59,259 bases of DNA, from the NCBI GenBank assembly GCA_048498575.1, contig JBEHXS010000001.1, forward strand, positions 1-59,259, in the 5' to 3' direction. Position numbers and translations under genes: made by a program. The notes under the pieces are model-generated. The model saw nothing but the letters and a program-made list of their open reading frames with translations, was not told where the DNA came from and searched no databases. The DNA comes from Pseudomonadota bacterium (GTDB lineage: Bacteria > Pseudomonadota > Alphaproteobacteria > Rhizobiales > Kaistiaceae). This document shows, one piece after another, positions 30,288 to 38,528 of this stretch. Numbering within the stretch: position 1 is the stretch's first letter; every line of letters begins with the position of its first letter.

Positions 30288-31225
30288 GGCGGCGCCCTCA
30301 TGGTGGTGGAGCGGATGACAAGCGGGCTCGCCTGAATCTCGCGATGCGCGACATGCCGCCCTTCGCGCACGGCGTCGACGGCGAGCTGGACGGCACGGCG
30401 CCCCATGTCGACCGCGTCGGAGTGGACCGTAGTGAGACTCATGCGGCGATGGGCGGCGAGCGGAATGTCGTCGTAACCGACGACCGAAATATCCTCGGGC
30501 ACGCGCAGGCCCTGGCGCTCCAGCCGGTCGATGATCGAGATGGCGAGCATGTCGTTATGGGCGGCGACAGCGGTCGCACCCTCGCCGAGCTTCACCGCAC
30601 AGAGGCCACGCCGTGCCAACGCCGCCTCGAACCCGAGCCGGCGCCGCTCGCCCGACTGCTCGAGCAGATGATGGGAAGCGAAGGCGAGCCGCCGGTGACC
30701 GAGTTCGTAGAGGTGCGCGACGATCGCCTCCATCGCGCCGGGATCGTCCGGGTCGATGACGCCGAGGCGCGGATCCTCCGGCTCGCCGAACGAAGCGACC
30801 ACGACGGGAATGTCGCGGTCGAGCAGCATCGTCGGCAGCGCCGAGCCGCGCGAGATGCCGCCGATGATGACCGCATCGACGCGGCGCTGGATGAAGGCGT
30901 GGCCGGCTTCCTGCTCGGTCGGTGCGGCGCAATCGGTGTGCGTGATGAGCGCCGCATAGCCCAGCGCATTGGCGGCACGCTCAGCCCCCGCGGCGAGCTC
31001 CGCGTAGAACGGGTTGGTGAGATCGGGCACCACGATCCCGATCGCCGTGCTCGACCGCTCCTTGAGCGAACGGGCGATGACGTTCGGATGGTAGCGGGTG
31101 TCGGCGATGGCCCGTTCGACACGATCGCGCGTGTCCTTGGCCACCGGAATATTGCCGCGAATGACGTTCGACACCGTCGACTTGGAGACGCCAGCCTTGC
31201 GCGCCACGTCGATCAGCGTCGTCAT
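30284..31225 (-). CDS. LacI-family transcriptional regulator, first gene of the CUT1 operon
   Basis: 313 aa with HTH LIDVARKAGVSKSTVSNVI. Its stop overlaps the ATPase start. Confidence 0.85.
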   Translation of the reverse strand: MTTLIDVARKAGVSKSTVSNVIRGNIPVAKDTRDRVERAIADTRYHPNVIARSLKERSSTAIGIVVPDLTNPFYAELAAGAERAANALGYAALITHTDCAAPTEQEAGHAFIQRRVDAVIIGGISRGSALPTMLLDRDIPVVVASFGEPEDPRLGVIDPDDPGAMEAIVAHLYELGHRRLAFASHHLLEQSGERRRLGFEAALARRGLCAVKLGEGATAVAAHNDMLAISIIDRLERQGLRVPEDISVVGYDDIPLAAHRRMSLTTVHSDAVDMGRRAVQLAVDAVREGRHVAHREIQASPLVIRSTTMRAPP

Positions 31226-31330
31226 GCGGCAGGCCTCGAAAAGCGCGCCGACCGCGCGCCTCTTCCCGCTGCGGCGGCGCGAGCCGTGATGGGTCGATTG
31301 TCGGCGGCGGCCGGCGGCATCGCCACCGGC

Positions 31331-31346
31331 TGGAACGTACGTTCCA
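31331..31346. promoter_or_regulatory. perfect 16-bp palindrome TGGAACGTACGTTCCA (GGAA-N6-TTCC)
   Basis: It lies in the 319-bp region between the LacI gene (31225) and the oxidoreductase gene (31545). Confidence 0.55.
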
Positions 31347-31410
31347 CCCGCTCGATGCGGCCTTGCGCCTGCGACCCGGCACGCACGATAACGAGCTCCA
31401 CGGCCACTTG

Positions 31411-31424
31411 TTGGAACGTTCCAA
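31411..31424. promoter_or_regulatory. perfect 14-bp palindrome TTGGAACGTTCCAA (LacI-type, central CG; same GGAAC half-site)
   Basis: It lies just downstream (minus-strand sense) of the predicted -10 at 31434-31439. Confidence 0.45.
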
Positions 31425-31433
31425 CGGTTCTAT

Positions 31434-31461
31434 AAAATACCAGCGGCATCCATCCGTCAAT
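31434..31461 (-). promoter_or_regulatory. sigma70-like promoter (ATTGAC-N16-TATTTT on the minus strand) for the lacI-CUT1 operon
   Basis: The reverse complement of 31456-31461 is ATTGAC and of 31434-31439 is TATTTT. The surrounding ~32 bp are homologous to the iolC promoter segment 23031-23062. Confidence 0.4.
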
Positions 31462-31487
31462 CAAATGTCACGCGGGCCGCGTCGGAG

Positions 31488-31503
31488 TGGAAGATTTGTT
31501 CCA
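31488..31503. promoter_or_regulatory. TGGAAGATTTGTTCCA (GGAA-N6-TTCC)
   Basis: This is the third palindrome of the same family in this intergenic region. It lies 42 nt upstream of the 31545 start. Confidence 0.5.
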
Positions 31504-31544
31504 CCGCGCGAACGCGCGAAGCAGCAACGCCGAAAGGGTGAGCA

Positions 31545-32651
31545 ATGGTACGGCTGAGAGTTGGGTTGGTCGGCGCCGGGCTCGTCGGACAGGCTGAGCA
31601 CGCCTTCTATCTGTGGGAGGAGCGCGAGCGTTTTGCCTTCGTCGCGCTGGCCGATGCATCTGCCACGGTGCGCGAGGCGGTGGGCGCACGTTATCGGCTG
31701 GAGAAGGTCGCGCCGGACCTCAAGGGCATCCTGACCAGCGACCTCGACGCCGTGGTCATCGCGGCGCCTGATCCCTTCCACGGCGATCTCGTCGTGGCGG
31801 CACTCGAGGCCGGCCTCAATGTGATGTGCGAGAAGCCGCTGGCGCTGACGCTTGCCGAATGCGACCGCGTGGCCGCCGCCGCCGACCGGTCCGGGCGCAT
31901 CGTGCAGGTCGCCTACATGAAGCGCTACGACCCGGCTTTCCGGCGGGCGCTCGATTTTCTGCCGGCGAAGATCGAGGACGTGAAGCTGATCTCGGTCGAG
32001 GTCAACGATCCCGACCAGGCACCGTTCGTCGCCCACCTGCCGATGACGGTGGCGGACGACATTCCGGACGCATTGCGTGCCGATTTCCGCCGCAAGAACA
32101 CCGAGCAGCTTCGCGAATCCGCGCGCCGCGACTTGAACGAAACCGAAGCGCGCGCTCTTTCCGGCGGATACCTGTCGGCGCTGGTTCACGACGTCGCCGT
32201 AGTGCACGGCCTGCTGGGCCATATGGGCGCCGAGCTGCCCGCGAATGCCGAAACGGCAGCGATCTTCGACGAGGGCCGCGGCGTGCAACTGGCGTTCCCC
32301 CTGCCCGGCGGCGGCCACGTGAGCATGACGCACCTGAACCTGCCGGGCGTGCCCGACTACACCGAGCGCGTCACGGTCTACTGCACCGACCGCATCGTCG
32401 AGCTGACCTTCCCCTCCCCGTATCTGCGCCACTTTCCGACGCGGCTGACCGTGCGCCGGCCGGGCGGCGGCGCCAGCCACGAGCTGGAGAGCAGCGAATA
32501 TCGCGTGAGCTACGAGGAAGCCTTCCGCGAGGAGCTGCGCGCTTTCCATGCCGCCGCGACCCACCAGGCGCCGGTGCAAACGACGATTGCCGACGCCCGC
32601 CGTGACGTCGAGCTGCTGACCTCTGCTTTCCGCAAGGCCGTGAACCCATGA
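31545..32651 (+). CDS. Gfo/Idh/MocA-family oxidoreductase
   Basis: 368 aa with Rossmann motif GLVGAGLVGQAEH and the EKP motif (CEKPL). Confidence 0.8.
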   Translation: MVRLRVGLVGAGLVGQAEHAFYLWEERERFAFVALADASATVREAVGARYRLEKVAPDLKGILTSDLDAVVIAAPDPFHGDLVVAALEAGLNVMCEKPLALTLAECDRVAAAADRSGRIVQVAYMKRYDPAFRRALDFLPAKIEDVKLISVEVNDPDQAPFVAHLPMTVADDIPDALRADFRRKNTEQLRESARRDLNETEARALSGGYLSALVHDVAVVHGLLGHMGAELPANAETAAIFDEGRGVQLAFPLPGGGHVSMTHLNLPGVPDYTERVTVYCTDRIVELTFPSPYLRHFPTRLTVRRPGGGASHELESSEYRVSYEEAFREELRAFHAAATHQAPVQTTIADARRDVELLTSAFRKAVNP

Positions 32652-33604
32652 AGATCGGCGTCTATTCGGACTCCCTGCCCAAGCTCGATCGCCGCCAGCT
32701 TTTCGCCTGGTGCGCGGAACGCGGCGTCACCGATATCGAACTCGGCGTCGGCGCATGGGGACCCTGGCCGCGCCCGCATCTCGACGTCGCGACCGTCGGC
32801 ACGAAGGCTGAACGCGATCGCCTCGCCGGCGAGCTCCGCGAATTCGGCATCCGGCTGGCAGCGGTCAACGCCGCCGGCAACCTGCTCCATCCCGACCCCG
32901 CCAAGCGCAAGGATGCGCAGGCGCGTTTCGCCGCGGCGGTCGATCTCGCCGTGGCACTCGGTGTGAAGCGCGTCGTCACCATGAGCGGCTGCCCGGCGGG
33001 ACCCGGTGGCGGCGGGCTCGGTGTCTTCCCGTGCTGGGCAACCTCGGCCGACGACGAGCGCCTCTTCGACTGGCAGATGGCGAACGAGGTCGGCCCGTTC
33101 TGGAAGGCGACCAGCGATAAGCTCGCGAGGATCGACCCGGACCTCATGGTCTGCCTCGAGCTTCACCCCGGCGTTACGGTCTTCACCGCTGCAAGCTTCG
33201 CGGCCCTCGTCCCATACGTCGGCCGCAACATCGGCCTCAACATGGACCCCAGCCACTTCTGGTGGCAGGGCATCGATCCGGTCACGGTGATCGAGGAATT
33301 CGGCGACCGCATCGGTTATGCCCACGGCAAGGACACGCTGCTCTATCCCGACCGCATCCGCCGGCAGGGCGTGCTCCACCATGCCCCGCCGAGCGACCCG
33401 TCGAAGGCGCCGTGGCACTTCGCGTCGGTCGGCGATGGCCATGACGACGCGACCTGGACCGGGCTGATCCGCGCGCTGCAGAAGGCGGGTTACGACGACG
33501 TGATCTCGATCGAGCACGAAGACCCGCGTTACGACGGCGAGGAAGGCACGGCGCGTTCGCTGGCGGGGCTGAAACGGGCGATGGACGGGCTGGGGGCGCG
33601 CTAG
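32648..33604 (+). CDS. sugar phosphate isomerase/epimerase (xylose-isomerase-like TIM barrel)
   Basis: 318 aa. The 4-nt overlap couples it to the preceding oxidoreductase gene. TIM-barrel pattern (ELHPG..., [16 protein letters not shown]). Confidence 0.8.
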   Translation: MKIGVYSDSLPKLDRRQLFAWCAERGVTDIELGVGAWGPWPRPHLDVATVGTKAERDRLAGELREFGIRLAAVNAAGNLLHPDPAKRKDAQARFAAAVDLAVALGVKRVVTMSGCPAGPGGGGLGVFPCWATSADDERLFDWQMANEVGPFWKATSDKLARIDPDLMVCLELHPGVTVFTAASFAALVPYVGRNIGLNMDPSHFWWQGIDPVTVIEEFGDRIGYAHGKDTLLYPDRIRRQGVLHHAPPSDPSKAPWHFASVGDGHDDATWTGLIRALQKAGYDDVISIEHEDPRYDGEEGTARSLAGLKRAMDGLGAR

Positions 33605-33743
33605 CGCGCAAAGGCCGTGGCGCCTGATCGTCGGCGAGCCATCTCGGGCGATGCAGTACGGTGTCGCAGTCCAGCCGCCGAAAGCAGATCGGACGGCCGT
33701 GCGTTATCTGCTACCGTCGCGACGCAGCGCCGCCGGCGGCCGG

Positions 33744-34868
33744 ATGGTCTCTGCACCCTCAACCGACTGCGGGTCGACCAAGGTGACAGCAAAGACCGCC
33801 CTCATCACGGGGATTACGGGCCAGGACGGGGCCTACCTTGCGGAGTTCCTGCTCGCCAAGGGCTATCTGGTCCACGGCGTGAAACGGCGGTCTTCTTCCT
33901 TCAACACGCAACGCATCGAGCACCTGTACCGCGACCCGCATGAGCCGAACCCGCGCCTGCTCTTGCACTACGGCGACCTGACCGATGCCACCAATCTCAT
34001 CCGACTGATCCAGGAAGTGCAGCCCGACGAGATCTATAATCTCGCGGCACAGAGCCATGTGCAGGTGAGCTTCGAAACGGCGGAGTACACGGCCAACGCC
34101 GACGCCCTGGGGCCGCTGCGGATACTCGAAGCCATCTGCCTGCTTGGGCTGAAGGATCGCACGCGATTTTACCAAGCCTCGACGTCCGAGCTTTACGGCA
34201 AGGCGCAGGAAACTCCCCAAACCGAGACGACACCGTTTTATCCACGGAGCCCCTACGGCGTTGCGAAGCTCTACGGCTACTGGATCACCGTGAACTATCG
34301 CGAGGCGTATGGCCTGCACGCTTCCAACGGCATCCTGTTCAATCATGAGAGTCCGATCCGCGGCGAGACGTTCGTCAGCCGCAAGATCACGCGGGCCGTC
34401 GCCGCCATAAAGCTCGGACGTCAGCAGACGCTGTTCCTCGGTAATCTCGACGCCAAGCGCGACTGGGGCCATGCCCGCGACTATGTCGAAGGGATGTGGC
34501 GCATCGTTCAGCAGGACAAGCCGGGGGACTACGTGCTCGCGACCGGTGAGAGCCACTCAGTGCGCGAGTTCGCCGAGATGGCGTTTGCCGAGATCGGCAT
34601 GCGGATTGTCTGGACGGGCGAAGGAGTGGCCGAACAGGGCCGCGACGCCTCGACGGGGCGGACTGTTATCGAGATCGATCCCCGATATTTCCGGCCGACC
34701 GAGGTCGACATATTGGTGGGCGACGCCTCGAAGGCCCATCGAGAACTGGGCTGGCATCACAGGATCGGATTCGCCGACCTCGTTGCCGAGATGGTGCGCG
34801 AAGACTTGCTGGTCGCGAGCCGGCAGGAGCTGATGCCTGCCGAAGAACCGGTCACCGGGCGACATTAG
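33744..34868 (+). CDS. gmd: GDP-mannose 4,6-dehydratase
   Basis: [29 protein letters not shown] and SELYG...SPYGVAKLY are classic Gmd/SDR motifs. The start is uncertain (ATG 33744, GTG 33783, or ORF start 33651). Confidence 0.9.
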   Translation: MVSAPSTDCGSTKVTAKTALITGITGQDGAYLAEFLLAKGYLVHGVKRRSSSFNTQRIEHLYRDPHEPNPRLLLHYGDLTDATNLIRLIQEVQPDEIYNLAAQSHVQVSFETAEYTANADALGPLRILEAICLLGLKDRTRFYQASTSELYGKAQETPQTETTPFYPRSPYGVAKLYGYWITVNYREAYGLHASNGILFNHESPIRGETFVSRKITRAVAAIKLGRQQTLFLGNLDAKRDWGHARDYVEGMWRIVQQDKPGDYVLATGESHSVREFAEMAFAEIGMRIVWTGEGVAEQGRDASTGRTVIEIDPRYFRPTEVDILVGDASKAHRELGWHHRIGFADLVAEMVREDLLVASRQELMPAEEPVTGRH

Positions 34869-34938
34869 CGGCAGATTGAGTTTCCGGAGCCAAGTGCCGA
34901 TGCTGGGTTACTTCTGATGCAGACAAGACCGCGCGACC

Positions 34939-35907
34939 ATGCCCGTTGAGTTCCCCCTCGCCGGAAAGCGCGTCTGGGTCGCCGGCCACCGCGGCATGGT
35001 CGGCTCGGCGCTGATGCGCCGTCTGGCGAGTGAGAATTGCGGGCTGTTGACGGCAACGCGCGCTGAGCTCGACCTTCGGCGACAGGCCGATACCGAAAGA
35101 TGGATCGCCGACCAGAAGCCGAACGTCGTCTTCCTAGCCGCTGCCAGGGTCGGCGGCATCCTCGCCAACCGCGACCATCCCGGCGAGTTCCTCTACGACA
35201 ATCTCATGATTTCGGCGAACGTCATCGAGGCGGCACGCCAGAACAACGTTGAGCGCGTGATTTTGCTCGGTTCGAGCTGCGTCTACCCGCGCGAGGCGCC
35301 GCAGCCGATCCGCGAGGAATCGCTGCTCACGGGTCCTCTCGAGCCCACCAACGAGCCGTACGCAGTAGCCAAGATCGCCGGATTGAAGCTCGCCGGCTCG
35401 TATCGTCGCCAATATGGCTGCCGGTTCATTTCGGCGCAGCCCACCAACGTCTACGGCCCAGGCGACAACTATGACCTCCAGTCGAGCCATGTGCTCGCGG
35501 CCCTGATACGCAAGGTCCATGAGGCCAAGACGTCTGGCCGCTCCGAGGTGATCGTGTGGGGGACCGGAACGCCGCGACGCGAATTCATCCACGCCGACGA
35601 CCTAGCCGACGCGCTCGTCTTCCTGGCGAAGCACTACGACGGCGAGACCAGCATCAACATCGGCACGGGCGAGGAAGTATCGGTCCGCGAGCTTGCCGAA
35701 ATGATCTGCTCGGTGGCGGGTTTCGAGGGGCGCATTCGTCTGGACCCTTCCTATCCAGACGGCACGCCGCGCAAGATCCTCGACACAACACGGTTGGCCG
35801 ACCTGGGCTGGCAGCCCCGCATAACGCTATCGTCCGGCATCCGGCGGGAATACGCGTCCTATGCTGAGCCACACGCCAATCGTCCCGGATCTGCGGCGCC
35901 TATTTGA
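34939..35907 (+). CDS. fcl: GDP-L-fucose synthase (GDP-4-keto-6-deoxymannose 3,5-epimerase/4-reductase)
   Basis: 322 aa with VWVAGHRGMVGSA, NEPYAVAKIAG and VWGTGTPRREF, which are typical of Fcl/WcaG. Confidence 0.9.
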   Translation: MPVEFPLAGKRVWVAGHRGMVGSALMRRLASENCGLLTATRAELDLRRQADTERWIADQKPNVVFLAAARVGGILANRDHPGEFLYDNLMISANVIEAARQNNVERVILLGSSCVYPREAPQPIREESLLTGPLEPTNEPYAVAKIAGLKLAGSYRRQYGCRFISAQPTNVYGPGDNYDLQSSHVLAALIRKVHEAKTSGRSEVIVWGTGTPRREFIHADDLADALVFLAKHYDGETSINIGTGEEVSVRELAEMICSVAGFEGRIRLDPSYPDGTPRKILDTTRLADLGWQPRITLSSGIRREYASYAEPHANRPGSAAPI

Positions 35908-37435
35908 GGGGCGTCACGATCTCGTAGTTGACGCCACCTGGCGCGAATTGAAGGCTGACGGCGCAAGACAGGGCCGCCGGCACCGCACGCTCCAGCAGCA
36001 TGCGTCCGAAGCCGGCGTGCTTGGGTTCCCGCACCGGTGGACCTCCCGATTCGACCCAGCGCGCGACCAGAGCGTCGTCGCGGATCACCCACGAAACGTC
36101 GATCTTGCCGGCCTTGGTCGACAGGGCGCCGTGCTTGGACGCGTTAGTCGCAAGTTCGTGGAACGCCACCCCAAGCATGACGGCAATGCTCGGCGGCAGC
36201 GTTACCGGGGGACCGGCGAGCGTAATCGACGCTCCGCCGTCTCCGCGATAGGGAGCGAGCTCGTCGCGCAGCATCGTCTCAAGCGACACACCGGACCAGT
36301 TCGCTTCGGCAAGGCGACTGTGGGTTTGCGCCAGCGCCAGGATCCGCCCCTCGAACGAGAGGCGCTCCTCCTCGTCGCTCTTGCGGAAGGTTTGCTGGGC
36401 GATCGCGAGCACGTTGGCGAGCGTGTTCTTCACGCGATGGCCGAGCTCGACGACCAAGAGATCGCGCTGGCGCTCCGTCCGCCCTCTTTCGATGCCAAAG
36501 CCTATCTGGCGCGCGATCGAGAGGGCGATGTCTATCTCGTGCCGGGTGAAAGCATGAGGCTCGGCGTAGCAGACCATGAACGTGCCCTCGACCCCGATGC
36601 TGCCCGCCACGGGCAGGAGCGCAAGGCCGCGCATTCCCTCGGCGCGAGCCGACTGGGCAATCTCGGCAAACTCGCCGACGACATCGTCGAGGTCGCGGAG
36701 CACCACGGGATTTGCGTCGAGGTCGCCGTGCGTCCAGGCACTCTGCCCCGCTGCCGCGGCCCGGTAGGCGTCGGACAAGCCGCGCCAGGCGACAAACTCC
36801 GACACCCCAGAGCCGTTGAACAGTGCGATCGCGGCGCGATCGCAGTGGAGCGCCTGATTAATCGCGTTGATCGATGCCTCGAAGACTTCCGGCATCGGCG
36901 CGCCGTGGTAGAGGGCGTCAGTCAGCTTGTAGAGCGCGGTTTGTTCGCGCGCGTGCTGAAGAATGGCATCTTCAGCCTTTCTGCGATCGGTTATGTCACG
37001 CGCAATCTTGGACGCTCCGATGATCTCGCCGTCGAGATCGCGCACGGGAGACACAGTCAGCGAGATGTCGAGGAGGCTGCCGTTCTTGCGCTGCCGGATG
37101 GTCTCGTAATGGTCGATGCGCTCGCCCTTGCGAATGCGGGCAAGCACCATCGCCCCATCGTCCTTGTGACCATCCTGATAGATGATCAGGATAGGCTTGC
37201 CGATCGCCTCGGCCGCCGTATAGCCGAACAGGTGCTCGGCACCGCCGTTCCAGCTCGTGATAATCCCGTCAAGAGAGATGCTGAGGATGGCGTCGTCGGA
37301 CGACTCCACGATGGCCGCAAGCTGCTGGGCGGCCTGATCGGCTCGCCGCTGCCAGTCGAGGCTGTCGACGAGGGCCTCCTTCTGCTTTCGCGGAACCGAT
37401 GTCATAGGGCGGCGGCGATCCACTCTGGTCTCCAC
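35900..37435 (-). CDS. PAS-GAF sensor histidine kinase of the HWE/HisKA_2 type (PhyK-like position)
   Basis: 511 aa. It has a PAS domain (IVESSDDAILSISLDGIITSWNGGAEHLFGY), a GAF-like middle, the H-box ELGHRVKNTLANVLAIA, and an HWE-type ATPase domain (HELATNASKHGAL). The start is GTG 37435 or ATG 37405. Confidence 0.85.
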   Translation of the reverse strand: METRVDRRRPMTSVPRKQKEALVDSLDWQRRADQAAQQLAAIVESSDDAILSISLDGIITSWNGGAEHLFGYTAAEAIGKPILIIYQDGHKDDGAMVLARIRKGERIDHYETIRQRKNGSLLDISLTVSPVRDLDGEIIGASKIARDITDRRKAEDAILQHAREQTALYKLTDALYHGAPMPEVFEASINAINQALHCDRAAIALFNGSGVSEFVAWRGLSDAYRAAAAGQSAWTHGDLDANPVVLRDLDDVVGEFAEIAQSARAEGMRGLALLPVAGSIGVEGTFMVCYAEPHAFTRHEIDIALSIARQIGFGIERGRTERQRDLLVVELGHRVKNTLANVLAIAQQTFRKSDEEERLSFEGRILALAQTHSRLAEANWSGVSLETMLRDELAPYRGDGGASITLAGPPVTLPPSIAVMLGVAFHELATNASKHGALSTKAGKIDVSWVIRDDALVARWVESGGPPVREPKHAGFGRMLLERAVPAALSCAVSLQFAPGGVNYEIVTPLK

Positions 37436-37509
37436 CGGTCAGGAAACCGGTGCCCGGGCGCTGTCGATAACGCAGATGGGAATTCCACTATCGGTGCCAA
37501 TTTTGCGAC

Positions 37510-37554
37510 CGGAGAAAATGAAGGGAGAGGGCCTGCAAAGCACGACCCTCTCCC
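37510..37554 (-). terminator. rho-independent terminator (minus strand)
   Basis: The minus strand reads GGGAGAGGG-N14-CCCTCTCCC followed by TTCATTTTCT. The plus-strand flank is not T-rich, so the orientation is minus. Confidence 0.6.
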
Positions 37555-37681
37555 ACTCTCTGCTGGCCAGTTGAGGGGGCGTGAAGTGGACAGCAGATAC
37601 CCCAACAATCCCCGAAACCCGCAAAGGTTCCAGCGGCGGCTGCTTGATCGATATTCCTATGGAGACCCCGCGCACGGAGCA

Positions 37682-37706
37682 GGAACAAAGGCTAACTTCC
37701 TGCGTT
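37682..37706 (+). promoter_or_regulatory. perfect EcfG-type (general stress sigma) promoter consensus GGAAC-N16-CGTT, pointing into the 3' end of phyR
   Basis: GGAAC lies at 37682-37686, the 16-nt spacer follows, and CGTT lies at 37703-37706 on the plus strand. The phyR stop codon is at 37746-37748 on the opposite strand. Confidence 0.4.
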
Positions 37707-37745
37707 TTCAGTAGGATTTCGAAGCCGCCGCACCTCAATCCGAGA

Positions 37746-38528
37746 CTAATGCGGCTTGGTTGCTTTCGCCTTTCGATCGAAGAAAAGCGCCTGTGTCACT
37801 ACGGCGGCAACATGGGCGGAACGGAATGGCTTCGGAATCAGAAACGCCGGCTCCGGGCGCCGTCCGGTCAGCAGACGCTCCGGATAGGCGGTGATGAAGA
37901 TGACTGGCACTTCAGTCTTTGAAACAAGGTCATTGGCGGCATCGACGCCAGAGCTTCCGTCTTGAAGACGGACGTCAGCCAGGATGAGGCCCGGATGCTG
38001 CTTAGAAGCAATCTCGATCGCCTCGGCATGGGTCCGGGCAAACCCAATCACCTGGTGGCCGAGGCGCTTGACCAGCTCTTCCAGATTGAGCGCGATCAGC
38101 GGCTCGTCCTCGATGATGAGAACGTCGGTGCCGATTTCGGTGGCCAACTCCTTGCCGAATTCCTCGACCAGGCTTCGCAGCTCGGAAACCTCGACACCCA
38201 GGATGAAGGCCGCCTCTTCGTCCGGAAAGTCCTCCAGCGACATCAGAAGGAAGGCCTGACGCGGCATCGGCGCAACCTGCGCCAGATGGCGATCGACGCC
38301 CTCCACGGGGTCTCCGCTGAGCTGATTGAGCTCAACCGAGTTCCATATTCTGGTAAAGGTGCGGAACAGGCCAACCGTCGGGCCGGCGGAAAGCGCGCCG
38401 GCATCCTCGACAAGCGCCTCAAGCGTAGCCGATACATACGCGTCACCGGCTACCTGGTTCCCAGTCAGGACACGCGCATACCGGCGAAGGCGCGGAAGCT
38501 CCTGTGCAATGGTATCAGCAGTCAACAT
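37746..38528 (-). CDS. phyR: anti-anti-sigma response regulator PhyR (sigma-like domain + receiver)
   Basis: The N-terminal ECF-sigma-like domain is LPRLRRYARVLTGNQVAGDAYV. The C-terminal receiver is VLIIEDEPLIA...LILADVRL. The start is set at the Met preceded by GGAGGA (ATG 38528); the ORF extends to 38555. Confidence 0.9.
   Translation of the reverse strand: MLTADTIAQELPRLRRYARVLTGNQVAGDAYVSATLEALVEDAGALSAGPTVGLFRTFTRIWNSVELNQLSGDPVEGVDRHLAQVAPMPRQAFLLMSLEDFPDEEAAFILGVEVSELRSLVEEFGKELATEIGTDVLIIEDEPLIALNLEELVKRLGHQVIGFARTHAEAIEIASKQHPGLILADVRLQDGSSGVDAANDLVSKTEVPVIFITAYPERLLTGRRPEPAFLIPKPFRSAHVAAVVTQALFFDRKAKATKPH

Noticed and set aside
35861-37714. A 617-aa plus-strand ORF lies antisense to the HWE kinase gene.
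   Set aside because: It has no motifs and low-complexity composition. The opposite strand encodes a complete PAS-GAF-HWE kinase.
37439-37738. Small ORFs lie in the phyR-kinase spacer: 99 aa and 66 aa on the minus strand, and 113 aa on the plus strand (37581-37922).
   Set aside because: None has a ribosome-binding site. Their composition is odd, they overlap each other and the terminator hairpin, and no family is recognisable. I treat the region as non-coding.
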